A stretch of DNA of 64,000 nucleotides, taken from the NCBI GenBank assembly GCA_963708295.1, contig CAVPSJ010000004.1, positions 256,001-320,000 on the forward strand, read 5' to 3'. The notes beneath the pieces were generated by a model. It ran no database searches and was not told the DNA's origin. It saw only the letters and a list, made by a program, of their open reading frames with translations. Source of the stretch: an uncultured delta proteobacterium (GTDB lineage: Bacteria; Desulfobacterota; BSN033; UBA1163). Shown piece by piece: positions 54,043 through 64,000 of the stretch (the first letter of the stretch is position 1; every line of letters begins with the position of its first letter). Made by a program: the position numbers and the translations under genes.

Positions 54043-54114
54043 TTTCAAATTGCAGATCGCAAATCGCAAATTGTATTTTTTTCAATTTGAAATTTGAAAT
54101 CCAAAATCTGCAAT
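54042..54114. repeat. Inverted pair of 7-bp tandem arrays with no gene inside
   Basis: atttcaa attgcag atcgcaa atcgcaa attgtat / ttgaaat ttgaaat ccaaaat ctgcaat. Confidence 0.8.
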
Positions 54115-54536
54115 TAAAACGGTACGTCATCACTCGACCCGGGAGGGACTTCCTGGTCGATATCAAAATCTTTTCCCGTATCCGGAACCTCAGTGGGTGC
54201 TCCAGCTGCGCCTAACATCTGCATTTGGTTTGCCACGATTTCAGTCGTCGACCTTTTGTTTCCATCCTTGTCTTCCCATGTTCGGGTGCGAAGCCGGCCT
54301 TCAATGTAGACCTGTTTTCCCTTATTCAGATATTCTCCACATATCTCAGCCAATCGGCCGAAAGCCACGATCCGATGCCATTCCGTCATCGTCGTTTTTT
54401 CCCCGGAAGATCGATTTACCCGATTTTCACTTGTCGCCATCCGAAAATTTGCGACCGTGGTACCATTGCTTAAATACTTGACCTCAGGGTTTGCACCCAG
54501 GTTCCCGATAAGGATAACCTTGTTCACTCCCGCCAT
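54114..54536 (-). CDS. ssb: Single-stranded DNA-binding protein
   Basis: [22 protein letters not shown]-terminal DDVPF. Confidence 0.97.
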   Translation of the reverse strand: MAGVNKVILIGNLGANPEVKYLSNGTTVANFRMATSENRVNRSSGEKTTMTEWHRIVAFGRLAEICGEYLNKGKQVYIEGRLRTRTWEDKDGNKRSTTEIVANQMQMLGAAGAPTEVPDTGKDFDIDQEVPPGSSDDVPF

Positions 54537-54731
54537 AAAACCCTCCTCGCTGCTCCGAACCGGAAAGGGTTCGTCCCATGACTCACGCCGCACAGGCGCG
54601 AAAGCAAAAAAGAATCTTTCACGTCACCTTACCATTTCTAAGATCTCTTTTCAAGAAGATATTAACGGAATATTGACGGGGTTAAGAATATATTTTAGGC
54701 TTTGGGGTGGTTGTTCCATTCGGAGGTCGAG

Positions 54732-55304
54732 ATGGGGAAAAAGATCGGTTTTTCGCTTTCAATCTTGATAGGAATCGCAACGGTGCTCCTCCCCTGTCTC
54801 CAGGCAGGAAGGGCCGCTTCCCCATCTCAACCGGAATGCCCGTCCTGTAGTTCCTTTGGTGTTCAGAGGCCTCAGGAAAGAAAGCAAGCCCCGTCTTTTT
54901 CACTCAAGGGGTTGGATGGGAAGCAAGTTTCCCTCAGCGATTTCAGAGGGAAACCCGTCCTCATCACTTTTTGGGCCACCTGGTGTGAATCCTGCAAGGA
55001 AGAAATGCCTGTATTAGAAAAATTCTCCCAAGGGAAGAGAGATCAGCTGGCCATCCTGTTCATTACCATTGACGGAGAAAGAAAGAAAGCCGCTCAAACG
55101 ATCATCGACAAGAATAAAGTCACCCTTCCTGTTCTCTTGCTCTTGAAGGAAAAGGTGATGGACCAATACGGAGTAAGGGGCTGGGTTCCACAAACCTATC
55201 TGGTCGATCAAGAGGGGATGCTGGTGGGAAAGATTATAGGGCAAAGGGATTGGTCTTCAGCAGAAGCTTGGTCCTGCATAAAAGAACTATTCAGTCTTCG
55301 TTGA
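54732..55304 (+). CDS. TlpA-family thiol-disulfide oxidoreductase
   Basis: Signal anchor; FWATWCESCKEEMP; cis-Pro VPQTY. Confidence 0.9.
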   Translation: MGKKIGFSLSILIGIATVLLPCLQAGRAASPSQPECPSCSSFGVQRPQERKQAPSFSLKGLDGKQVSLSDFRGKPVLITFWATWCESCKEEMPVLEKFSQGKRDQLAILFITIDGERKKAAQTIIDKNKVTLPVLLLLKEKVMDQYGVRGWVPQTYLVDQEGMLVGKIIGQRDWSSAEAWSCIKELFSLR

Positions 55305-55362
55305 CAAATACCGTAATTTTCGTATAATAATTCCTGTTTTCATTCCGGAGCCGGGGTTTTCT

Positions 55363-57747
55363 GTGAGATATCTGTATAAATCGGAGAGCATTTCCATTCC
55401 GCAAAGACTTCTCTTCATCCCCCTGAAAGAGACGATCATTTTCCCTTATGTTGTCGCCCCTCTTTTTTTCCAATCGGATGAAGCTTTAGCGGCAATCAAT
55501 AAGGTATTGCTGGAGAATAGTCTGATCGGGTGTGTCGGTCTTCGTGATCCTTATCTCAAAGATCCCCAGACCAAGGATCTCCTCTCTATTGGAACCGTCT
55601 GTAAGATTCTCCAGTTGGTCAAGTTGCCAAATAAAGGGGTGAAGATTCTTGTGGAAGGGCTTTCGAGAGTGTTTCTGCAGAACATCACCCGGGAAGCCCC
55701 TTATTTCAAGGCAGATGTCAATGAGATTAACGAGCTTCAAGAACGGACCGTCCTTTCTGAAACGCTTATCCAGAGCATCGGAACTCTTTTTAAAATTTCA
55801 CTCTCCATGGGAAAGCCCCTCCCCGAGGAGTTATTGAAGACCCTCGACAAGATAGACCATCCGGGCAGGCTTGCTGACCTGATCGCGATCACCCTCCACT
55901 TGCCATTGAAGGAGCAGCAAGACATTTTTGAGACCGTCGACCCTCTGGAGCGATTGAAGAAGGTCTTTCAATCCTTCAGCCGAGAGATTCAATCCTCCCC
56001 GACCCGCCCACACCCTCTTCTCAATTCCGGAAAGGAAGCCGGGAAATTTCAAAAGGACCATTCCCTTCGCCCTCCCGTAAGAGGACAGAGGGAGGTGTCG
56101 GATGAGGACCCCTATCAGGCTGAAATTCATGAACTCAGGGAAAAGGTCCAAAATGCAGGGATGCCCCAAAAAGTTGAAGAGATCGCCCATAAGGAGATCA
56201 ATCGACTGGAACGGATGAACCCCATCTCCGCAGAATATACCGTTTCCAGAACGTATCTCGATTACCTCATCACGATGCCGTGGAATAAAAAAACGGTGGA
56301 CAACCTTGACCTCAGCCGGGCTCAGGCCATCCTCAACGAGGACCATTATGACCTCGAAAAAGTGAAGGAACGAATTCTAGAGTTCCTGGCCGTTAAGAAA
56401 CTAAAGGACCCCATGAAGGGCCCGATCCTCTGTTTTGTCGGGCCCCCGGGTGTTGGAAAGACTTCCCTCGGACGCTCCATCGCCCGCGCCTTGGAAAGGA
56501 AATTTATCCGTATCTCTTTAGGAGGGGTCCGGGATGAAGCAGAGATCCGGGGGCACCGTCGAACGTACGTGGGAGCTCTTCCGGGCCGTATTATTCAAGA
56601 GATCCGGCGGGCGGAAACGTTCAACCCTGTTTTTATGCTCGATGAGGTGGATAAGATCGGTCAGGACGTCCGCGGAGATCCCGCGGCAGCCCTTCTTGAA
56701 ACACTCGACCCGGAACAGAATTTCTCCTTCACCGATCATTACTTAGATGTCCCCTTCGATCTTTCCCATGTCTTGTTCATCACAACGGCAAATACCCTCT
56801 CTCCTATTCCTGCCGCTTTATTAGATCGTATGGAAGTGATTCCTCTGGCAGGGTATACCGAAGAGGAAAAGGAGAAAATCGCCTTCCAATTCTTGATCCC
56901 CCACCAAAAAGAAGAAAATGGGCTGAAAAACCATCCTCTCTCTTTCACTTCTGAAGCCCTTGACCGGATCATTCGAGAGTATACCCGGGAGGCAGGGGTA
57001 CGAAACCTAGAGAGGGAGATTGCCACCCTCTGTCGAAAAATTGCCAAGGAAGTGGCCATGGGAAGGTCCTCGAAAGAGAGAATTGATCGGGAGACTGTCG
57101 AGGAACTCCTGGGGCCACGAAAATTCTTTCGCGAGGTTGCTCAGGAAAAAGATCGCATCGGCATGGCCACAGGACTGGCCTGGACAGAAAATGGAGGAGA
57201 TATCCTTTTTATCGAAACGTCTAAAATGAAAGGCGATAAGGGACTTATTTTGACGGGATCTCTTGGGGAGGTCATGAAGGAATCTGCTCACGCGGCCCTC
57301 TCTTATATTCGGACCAACGCCTCCTCGCTTCATATCCCTGAGAATTTTTATCAAGAGTGCGACATCCATGTCCACATCCCGTCTGGGGGGACTCCTAAAG
57401 ATGGACCTTCTGCAGGAATTACCATTGCCACCGCCGTTCTCTCTCTTCTCAGGGACAAACCCGTTCCTCACGAGATTGCGATGACCGGCGAATTGACCCT
57501 GACCGGAAGGGTGCTTCCGGTCGGGGGGATTAAAGAAAAGATCCTCGCTGCTCGCAGGGCAGGAGTGAAGACCGTGATCCTGCCTAAGAAAAATGAGAAG
57601 AACCTCGACGATATTCCGGACTATATAAAGAATGAGATGAATTTCATCTTAGTCGAACATATCCAGGAGGTGCTCGATCTCACCCTCCCCTCGGTAAGTC
57701 AGATGAAAAGAGGGGAGGACTCCTGCCGGGAAAGGGCGAGTTCATAA
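55363..57747 (+). CDS. lon: Lon protease
   Basis: [35 protein letters not shown]. Confidence 0.96.
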   Translation: MRYLYKSESISIPQRLLFIPLKETIIFPYVVAPLFFQSDEALAAINKVLLENSLIGCVGLRDPYLKDPQTKDLLSIGTVCKILQLVKLPNKGVKILVEGLSRVFLQNITREAPYFKADVNEINELQERTVLSETLIQSIGTLFKISLSMGKPLPEELLKTLDKIDHPGRLADLIAITLHLPLKEQQDIFETVDPLERLKKVFQSFSREIQSSPTRPHPLLNSGKEAGKFQKDHSLRPPVRGQREVSDEDPYQAEIHELREKVQNAGMPQKVEEIAHKEINRLERMNPISAEYTVSRTYLDYLITMPWNKKTVDNLDLSRAQAILNEDHYDLEKVKERILEFLAVKKLKDPMKGPILCFVGPPGVGKTSLGRSIARALERKFIRISLGGVRDEAEIRGHRRTYVGALPGRIIQEIRRAETFNPVFMLDEVDKIGQDVRGDPAAALLETLDPEQNFSFTDHYLDVPFDLSHVLFITTANTLSPIPAALLDRMEVIPLAGYTEEEKEKIAFQFLIPHQKEENGLKNHPLSFTSEALDRIIREYTREAGVRNLEREIATLCRKIAKEVAMGRSSKERIDRETVEELLGPRKFFREVAQEKDRIGMATGLAWTENGGDILFIETSKMKGDKGLILTGSLGEVMKESAHAALSYIRTNASSLHIPENFYQECDIHVHIPSGGTPKDGPSAGITIATAVLSLLRDKPVPHEIAMTGELTLTGRVLPVGGIKEKILAARRAGVKTVILPKKNEKNLDDIPDYIKNEMNFILVEHIQEVLDLTLPSVSQMKRGEDSCRERASS

Positions 57748-57761
57748 ATTCAAATCTCAGT

Positions 57762-58676
57762 ATGGCAGCTCCCTTCAAATCTGGTTTTATCTCTATTTTG
57801 GGAAGGCCGAACGTAGGGAAATCGACCCTTTTTAACCGCCTCCTCGGCGACAAGATCGCCATCGTCGCTGAAAAACCTCAGACGACACGAAACCGAATCC
57901 TCGGCATCAAAAACACCGGAGGAGCTCAACTCATTTTTCTCGATACCCCGGGAATTCACCAGGGACGCTCTGAATTGAACAATCGGATGGTCCGAACGGC
58001 CATTGCTTCGGGTCGGGATGCGGATATTCTTCTCTTTCTCATCGAGGCCACCTCCCCGGCCATAGAAAAAGACCGGAAGGTGATAGAATCTCTCCGGGGA
58101 AGCAACGGCGTTCCCATCCTCGTCATCAACAAGATTGATTCGGTGAAAAAAAGGAACCTTCTTCCCATCATGGATCAGTATCAGAAACTCCATCCCTTCA
58201 AAGAGATCATTCCCGTCTCCGCCCTCACCGGAGAGGGGATCGACATCCTCTTAGATGAAATGATCAAGGTCCTCCCCGAATCCCATCCTTATTATTCAGA
58301 AGACATGATCACGGATCAGACAGAACGCTTTTGGATCTCTGAAATCATTCGAGAGAAGGTTATCCATCGATCCTATCAAGAGGTTCCGTATTCGACCGCT
58401 GTGACGATTGATGAATTTAAAGAGCACCCGGAGAGAAATCTGGTGGTCATTAAGGCGACGATCCATGTTGAAAGAGATTCTCAAAAAAGGATTCTCATCG
58501 GAAAAGGTGGGCAAAAATTGAAAAAGATTGGAGAGGAGGCGAGAAAGGAAGCCGAGGCTTTCTGGGGAACAAGGGTCTTTCTGGAATTGTGGGTGCATGT
58601 GGAGGAAGGTTGGACCCGGGATCCCCGTGCCTTGAATCGGTTAGGCTATCCATCGACTTTAAACCAATCCGCTTGA
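57762..58676 (+). CDS. era: GTPase Era
   Basis: GRPNVGKS, QTTR, DTPG, NKID, KH domain IGKGG. Confidence 0.96.
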   Translation: MAAPFKSGFISILGRPNVGKSTLFNRLLGDKIAIVAEKPQTTRNRILGIKNTGGAQLIFLDTPGIHQGRSELNNRMVRTAIASGRDADILLFLIEATSPAIEKDRKVIESLRGSNGVPILVINKIDSVKKRNLLPIMDQYQKLHPFKEIIPVSALTGEGIDILLDEMIKVLPESHPYYSEDMITDQTERFWISEIIREKVIHRSYQEVPYSTAVTIDEFKEHPERNLVVIKATIHVERDSQKRILIGKGGQKLKKIGEEARKEAEAFWGTRVFLELWVHVEEGWTRDPRALNRLGYPSTLNQSA

Positions 58677-58688
58677 GGGAATTGACCC

Positions 58689-59597
58689 GTGGATGAAAGG
58701 GAAACCTTAGGAAAATATCTGAAGAGCCAGAGGGAGTCCAAGAAGATTTCCTTGAGAGAGGTGGCAAAAAACACGAGGGTGAGGGAACACATTCTCAGGG
58801 CCATCGAGGAGGACCAGCATACCCTTCTCCCTCCCGCGACCTACGTGAAAGGGTTTCTCCTGGCCTATGCCAAATATCTCGGCCTCGATCCCAACGATAT
58901 CCTTCTCCGTTACGAAAGAGTCTTGAAGGGAGAACCCATCGCCCCTCCATCCGTTCCATCCCCGGGGCCCAAACAGGAGAGTCCTGCCCCTCAACCGTCA
59001 AAACCCAGACAGAAGAGGCCATGGAAGACGAGACAAACCTGGGTGGTCATGGGAGTCATCGTGGCAAGCTTCTTTGTCTTTTATTTCTTCTCCCCTTACT
59101 CCTACAAACCTCCGGCGGAACCCGGCTCCGATAAACGTGTCGAGGAGAAACCTTCGGTCGCTCCTTCACCTCCTGTGACGGCAACCCCTCGACCCTCGGA
59201 GCGAAAACCCTCCGACCAGGAGAAAAAACCTCCCACGCCATCTGCTCCCGTTGCGGCAACCACCTCCGTTCAACAAATAAAGGCAATCTCTCTCCAGCTC
59301 AAAGCCGTTGAACAAACATGGTTGAGTCTCCAAGCGGACAATCAGTCCGGACAGGAGATGATCCTGAAGCCAGGGGAAGAGGTGGCCTTTCAAGCATCGG
59401 CTCGGATTCTCATGAAACTTGGAAACGCAGGAGGACTCGATCTGGCCTTAAACGGAAAGTCTCTGGGAAAGCTTGGGAAGTCAGGGGAGGTCCTGAATCT
59501 CATCCTCACGCCCCAGGGGGTGGAAGTAAAACGCTCGGAGAAGCCGAAACCGCCCGATGAAGGAATTCCAAATTCCGAACCTCAACGTTCCAATTAA
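58689..59597 (+). CDS. rodZ: RodZ-like protein (HTH, TM, DUF4115)
   Basis: LGKYLK..RE, YVKGFL.AYAKYLGLD, TM, GNAGGL. Confidence 0.85.
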   Translation: MDERETLGKYLKSQRESKKISLREVAKNTRVREHILRAIEEDQHTLLPPATYVKGFLLAYAKYLGLDPNDILLRYERVLKGEPIAPPSVPSPGPKQESPAPQPSKPRQKRPWKTRQTWVVMGVIVASFFVFYFFSPYSYKPPAEPGSDKRVEEKPSVAPSPPVTATPRPSERKPSDQEKKPPTPSAPVAATTSVQQIKAISLQLKAVEQTWLSLQADNQSGQEMILKPGEEVAFQASARILMKLGNAGGLDLALNGKSLGKLGKSGEVLNLILTPQGVEVKRSEKPKPPDEGIPNSEPQRSN

Positions 59598-59666
59598 GCC
59601 TTTATCCCGTCGCCCGGGAGCTCAAGGAATCTTCATCGCTGGAGGACTCTCTCCGAAGAGCTGACC

Positions 59667-59788
59667 CGTTCGGCGGCGCCCCTCGGCCCTGAGTTCAATC
59701 GAGGGTTTCGGATCGAAGGCAAGTCCGTGGCCTTTGGCTCGGCAAGCTCACCCTCCTGAGCAAAGCCGGGGGGGCCGAAAGTCGAAGA
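59667..59788. repeat. Cluster of REP-like palindromes
   Basis: GCCCTGAGTTCAATCGAGGG (same family as the 41213 insert) and CTCGGCAAGCTCA..TGAGCAAAGCCG. Confidence 0.55.
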
Positions 59789-59846
59789 GTTGACTTTTCT
59801 TGTACGGGTGATATAAAAAGGTGAGATATAAAGAGATGAAAGGATT

Positions 59847-59955
59847 GTGAAGCTCTCCGCCCTAACGGGCGGGGCTTCCCGGCAAGGTGGTTTTATCATA
59901 GTGTGCCCCTTGGCCCCGCTCTGAAGGGTGGGGCTTGCGGAGCACGTTCCGGCCA
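59847..59955. repeat. Dispersed hairpin-ended element, copy B
   Basis: GTGAAGCTCTCCGCCCTAACGGGCGGGGCTTCCCGG...GTGCCCCTTGGCCCCG...GGGGCTTGCGGAGCACGTTCCGGCCA. Confidence 0.75.
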
Positions 59956-59969
59956 GGGCAGACGAGAAC

Positions 59970-60461
59970 ATGATTCGGCATCACGACGAAGACGAAAGGG
60001 AACGGATTTCCTGGAGAGAAATTGATCGGAGGAAAGATCGAAGCCGCTACGCTCCCAAAGACCCCCCCCAGGATCAGCCAAGATCCCGTCGTTCCGAATG
60101 GGTGATGAAAAAGTATCGAAAGGAGGCCGATAAACTCTTCATGGGAAAGAAAGGAACAAAAAAACATCAGAAGGCCCATAATGACATCGATCGTTATCAT
60201 GGGTCCGATCAGTTTGAGACAGTAGCGAAAGCGTACTTGGATCAATACGGCCTACCGGAGGACTGGAGCACGCTGTTGCTTCTGTTGGATTACTCGGATT
60301 CGAAAATGGTCTTGCAGGCCCTTACCGCGATGAAGGATCTCTATGAGGCCAGGAGCCCCATTGAGAAACAAGGCTTCAAAGCCAAGGTGGATATTTTAGC
60401 CATGACGGCCAGTGACAGCGACCTGAGAGATTTTGCGGAAGAGATGCTTAAGTCCCTATAG
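59970..60461 (+). CDS. Hypothetical protein
   Basis: SWREIDRRKD N-terminus; helical C-terminus with GLPEDW..L..LLDY. Confidence 0.7.
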   Translation: MIRHHDEDERERISWREIDRRKDRSRYAPKDPPQDQPRSRRSEWVMKKYRKEADKLFMGKKGTKKHQKAHNDIDRYHGSDQFETVAKAYLDQYGLPEDWSTLLLLLDYSDSKMVLQALTAMKDLYEARSPIEKQGFKAKVDILAMTASDSDLRDFAEEMLKSL

Positions 60462-60603
60462 CCTCAAACCCAATGGATGAAGAACCCGCCCCACGCGTCC
60501 GCGGATCGGCCAAACAGCACTGAACCGAAATAACTGTGGACCCTGGACCGTTTCTTTGCGGGAGTTTTCCGGCAATCGCACGCTTCGTCACGAGCCTTCC
60601 GAT

Positions 60604-61014
60604 TTAAGAAAGGGAAGGCTGGAGATTTCGACGTTTTGATGGAAGAGCGTCCTGGATATACTTATCCAGAAGACTCTCAAGCTGGCTTTTATCCCATCCC
60701 GTATAGGTCTCTTTCCCTTCCACAATAAAAGTGGGATAGGTGCGGATCCGATGGCGCAAGGATTTGTAGACCCCGACAAACGATGGGGCATCAATCAGCC
60801 TAATCGAGATACGGTGTTTGTAGAGCCGATTTAACTCTCGCATCCAGTCCGAAAGCTTCCTGTTCTCCTCTCTCAAATCCGGAGGATACTCGTCTACCTC
60901 TTTCTGCTGGAGTTTCTGGTTCAACCCTGTTTGATCGAAGAAGATCTTGCAGCGGCGGCACTGATCAAAAGCGGTCATCATTCTTGCAACAACTTCCAGG
61001 ACAATGGGCTTCAT
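60604..61014 (-). CDS. Thioredoxin-like hypothetical protein
   Basis: CRRC near the N-terminus; RTYPTFIVEG (cis-Pro-like); AGGAG RBS. Confidence 0.65.
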   Translation of the reverse strand: MKPIVLEVVARMMTAFDQCRRCKIFFDQTGLNQKLQQKEVDEYPPDLREENRKLSDWMRELNRLYKHRISIRLIDAPSFVGVYKSLRHRIRTYPTFIVEGKETYTGWDKSQLESLLDKYIQDALPSKRRNLQPSLS

Positions 61015-61314
61015 GATCTCTCTCCTTAGGCTATCTATCCTATAACCCAAAGACCTGTGAAATTTCAAATGGGAGATGTGAACATCTCTCTTTTCCGCAT
61101 TCGCAAGTAGCTCGATGACCCATCACGCTAAAAGACCGCATGACCAAAGCTGAGGAGCAGTGCCTATCCCGACCGTATCTCCCGTTCATGATGATTGCGC
61201 AAGGAAGAGGGGAAAGGAAAAAGCGTTTGCCGGTTGCGGGCAAAGAAGAAGCTGGATAGGTCCGGCCAGAACTCGGCGTTGACCCCTCCCCATGGAATGG
61301 GTTAAGGTGTTGCG

Positions 61315-62661
61315 ATGAAGATTCTTTTGGTCTCACCCGAGAGAAAGCGAAGAAGGGAAGAGGCCTTCCTCTTCCGGCTGAGCTTCTTAAACCTCCCTTA
61401 TATCGCAGCGGTCACACCTCCCGATGTGGAGGTGAAGATTGTGGATGAAGCTTTTGACAGAATTAATTTCGAAGAAAAGGTGGATCTGGTGGGGATTACG
61501 GCTCAGACGCCTGTTGCCCCAAGGGCCTACCAGATCGCGAGGGAATTTAGGAGGAGAGGGATCCCCGTGGTCATGGGAGGTGTCCACGCCAGTATGCTCC
61601 CTCAGGAAGCGCTTCAACAGGTCGATGCCGTGGTGGTAGGAGAGGCAGAAGGGGTCTGGCCGCATCTGATCGAGGATCTGAAAAAGGGCCAAATGAAGCG
61701 AATGTACGCAGGGAGTGACTTTTTCAACCCCTCCCATCTTCCCCTTCCGAGGAGAGAACTTCTCAACCAGAAATTCTACTTTCCGTTGAAGTTACTCGAA
61801 ACCACGCGGGGGTGCCCGCATCATTGCGACTTCTGCGGTGTCTCAAAATTCTTCGGATTCCGATACCGTAATCGGCCGGTCAGCGAAATCGAGCGAGAGC
61901 TCAAAACCCTTTTTCAAGAGGGACCGGTCATGAATCCGATCTTAAAAAATATTCTCTCCTTATTGAGCAAAGACCTTCCCTACTTCCTCAAGAGAAGACT
62001 CCTTTACATCATCGATTCCAACGTCGCAGGAGATAGGCGATTTTGCCTTGAACTTCTCTCCGTTCTTAAACGATTCGACCTCCTCTGGTACGGCCATGCC
62101 CCGGTTTCCGTCGCCTTCGATCAGGAACTCCTGGAAGGATTCGCGCAAAGCGGCTGCATCGCTGTCAATATCGGTTTCGAGTCCTTTTCCACAAAAAACC
62201 TGAAAGCGATGGGGAAGGGATTCAACCAGCCCATCCGATATGCGGAAGCCGTCCGTCGGATTCACGATCAGGGAGTTGGCATCATGGGAACCTTCATCGT
62301 AGGGTTGGATGACGATGACCCCGGTGTCTTCCGACGGATTATTGATTTCTCCATTGATTCAAAGCTTGACTGGGCCCTCACCTTTATCATGGCGCCTTAT
62401 CCCGGAACGGATTCGTTTCTTCGACTGGAAAAAGAAGGAAGGATCCTATCCAGGGATTGGGAGAAATACGATTCTCTCCATGTCGTCTATCAGCCTCTCG
62501 GGATGTCCGTGGAAGAGTTGGAGAAAGGGATGAGGAGCGCCTGGAAAGACGTCTTTTCAACTTCTTCCATCTGTAAGAGGGTTCTCAAGAGACCCTGGAT
62601 TCATCCCCTCTTTTATTTAGGGATGAATTGGGGATTTCACCGATTGACAAAAACATGGTAG
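61315..62661 (+). CDS. B12-binding radical SAM protein
   Basis: DLVGIT, VVMGGVHAS, VVVGEAE; TRGCPHHCDFC. Confidence 0.92.
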   Translation: MKILLVSPERKRRREEAFLFRLSFLNLPYIAAVTPPDVEVKIVDEAFDRINFEEKVDLVGITAQTPVAPRAYQIAREFRRRGIPVVMGGVHASMLPQEALQQVDAVVVGEAEGVWPHLIEDLKKGQMKRMYAGSDFFNPSHLPLPRRELLNQKFYFPLKLLETTRGCPHHCDFCGVSKFFGFRYRNRPVSEIERELKTLFQEGPVMNPILKNILSLLSKDLPYFLKRRLLYIIDSNVAGDRRFCLELLSVLKRFDLLWYGHAPVSVAFDQELLEGFAQSGCIAVNIGFESFSTKNLKAMGKGFNQPIRYAEAVRRIHDQGVGIMGTFIVGLDDDDPGVFRRIIDFSIDSKLDWALTFIMAPYPGTDSFLRLEKEGRILSRDWEKYDSLHVVYQPLGMSVEELEKGMRSAWKDVFSTSSICKRVLKRPWIHPLFYLGMNWGFHRLTKTW

Positions 62662-62961
62662 CTCCCTCATCCCCCTCCACGGCGGAAACTGTGTCGCAAC
62701 AGGGAGAAGGCAGAGGCGGTCGGGGATGTCGGGCGGCCTGCCGGGAAGCGGCCTGTCAAGGGATAAACGGGACGCTTCCCAAAGATTTAGAGCGGTAACC
62801 TTTAACGTTTGGATTCAGGATCGCCAACCATAGGAAAACATTCGATTTTGAGCCAACGACGGTTTCCCATACCTAAAAGACCCGCATTCTTCTATGTTGA
62901 AAGTCAAGCCTCATTCACAATAACAGAGCCACGCCGGTATGTTTGTTGAGACAGCACCTCC

Positions 62962-63106
62962 CTTTAAAATCAACCTTCTATTAGCAGACATAGCTTGGGG
63001 TAGCTGCAGTATCTTCTCATATTTTAAAGATGTGGGCTCGGAGTCTAAAGGATACAGACATCATCCTTGTGATGAGCTGTAAGAATGCGGCATCCGATGC
63101 CCACAT
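62962..63106 (-). ncRNA. Predicted IS110 bridge RNA (target-binding loop 63030-63106, donor-binding loop 62962-63029)
   Basis: Two stem/internal-loop/stem units; loop strands match the flank CCGCATTCT and the junction CTTCTAT. Confidence 0.8.
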
Positions 63107-63142
63107 GAGCGATTTATCGGGTCGGTTCTTGTCCCCCCATCG

Positions 63143-64000
63143 TCATTCAATAACACTCGTCACGTATTCCGCCTCATTCTTCAGGACATAACGGATCCGG
63201 TTCAGCAGCTTCCTGGCGATCTTAATGATGGCCTTGGTCTTGCGCATCCTTTTACAATATTCGTTAAATGCCTCCATCATCGCCGGGTCCTTACGGACAG
63301 CAATCCAGGAGGCTTCGATCAACAACCATCTCAGGGACGAATGTTGTCGCCGGGTCATGCCTCCTACGTGTTCTTTCTCGCCACTGCTCCGAGTATCTGG
63401 AATCAATCCCACGTAACTACACAATTGATCAATCGAACGAAAACGGGTGACCTCATACAACTCCGTCAGCACGATCATGGCCGTCAGGGTGCTAATCCCC
63501 GGGATGGTCTTCAGCAACGAAATCCACGAACGGTACTCTTCCGTCCGGGCCAACGCCACCACCGAGCGATTCAGCTTGGCCAGGATCTGGCGCAGGTGGC
63601 CAAGTTCTTCCAAGTGAAGCTTAAGCGCCACGTCCCCGCTGGTTCGCTCCATCCGAACCTTCTCAATCCACTGGATGAATCGTCGCGACCAATGGCCCAT
63701 CTCCCTTTGCTCTGGAATGGCCACCCCATAGAAAAGAAGCATCGATTTAATCTGGTTTTTGCACCGCGCCTGTTTCCGCCCCATGCTCAGCCGAGTCCGG
63801 ATCAGGCTGCGGTCCTCCAATTTCCACCTCGGAGGGGTATAGATCCCTTCGATCTCACCCCCTCGAAGTCCCCTGGCCAATTTGCGACAATCGATCCGAT
63901 CCCGTTTGCTCCTTCGCTCCTTATCTCGGGTCGGTATGTCAGCCGGGTTCGCAACGATATTGTCAATCCCCTTCTCTCTCAGTTGGTCATGGATCCAGAA
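63143..64000 (-). CDS. IS110-family transposase/recombinase, 5' part outside the window
   Basis: KRDRIDCRKLA (last two Asp of DEDD), LLKTIPGI, SYVGLIP..RSSGE (catalytic Ser), ARKLL; frame stays open to 64000. Confidence 0.93.
   Translation of the reverse strand, partial: FWIHDQLREKGIDNIVANPADIPTRDKERRSKRDRIDCRKLARGLRGGEIEGIYTPPRWKLEDRSLIRTRLSMGRKQARCKNQIKSMLLFYGVAIPEQREMGHWSRRFIQWIEKVRMERTSGDVALKLHLEELGHLRQILAKLNRSVVALARTEEYRSWISLLKTIPGISTLTAMIVLTELYEVTRFRSIDQLCSYVGLIPDTRSSGEKEHVGGMTRRQHSSLRWLLIEASWIAVRKDPAMMEAFNEYCKRMRKTKAIIKIARKLLNRIRYVLKNEAEYVTSVIE

Larger units (their letters stand above)
62891..64000 (-). mobile_element. IS110-family insertion sequence, partial; 3' end at the CT core 62889-62890
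   Basis: Transposase plus ~250-bp structured 3' non-coding end terminating TTGACTTTCAACATAGA; guide/flank matches define the boundary. Confidence 0.88.

Noticed and set aside
58945-59270. Pro-rich repeats in rodZ
   Set aside because: Ordinary low-complexity linker for this family.

Overview
Bacterial chromosome window, about 50% GC. Gene content and repeat families suggest an anaerobic deltaproteobacterium (Desulfobacterota-like); this assignment is inference. In order, it holds: livF and a multi-PAS hybrid kinase; a TPP-riboswitch thiDN-cytX operon interrupted by a repeat-flanked four-helix-bundle gene; a K+-independent membrane pyrophosphatase; a TCA cluster (gltA-sdhA-sdhB, fumC); housekeeping genes; a ~16 kb catabolic cluster with two TRAP systems; a tRNA-Leu/tRNA-Ala hotspot with an AbiE-type toxin-antitoxin islet and a GIY-YIG gene between tRNA-derived repeats; a sigma54/c-di-GMP module; mreBCD-mrdA-rodA, ssb, lon, era, rodZ; and a partial IS110 element. 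The best finding is the IS110 3' non-coding end. It folds into two stem/internal-loop/stem units whose loop sequences match the actual flank and the element end, which reads as a bridge RNA (target CCGCATT-CT-AAAGG, donor GAAGATA-CT-TCTAT). Many genes at 11-12 kb and 24-42 kb carry apparent single-base insertions that look like read errors.
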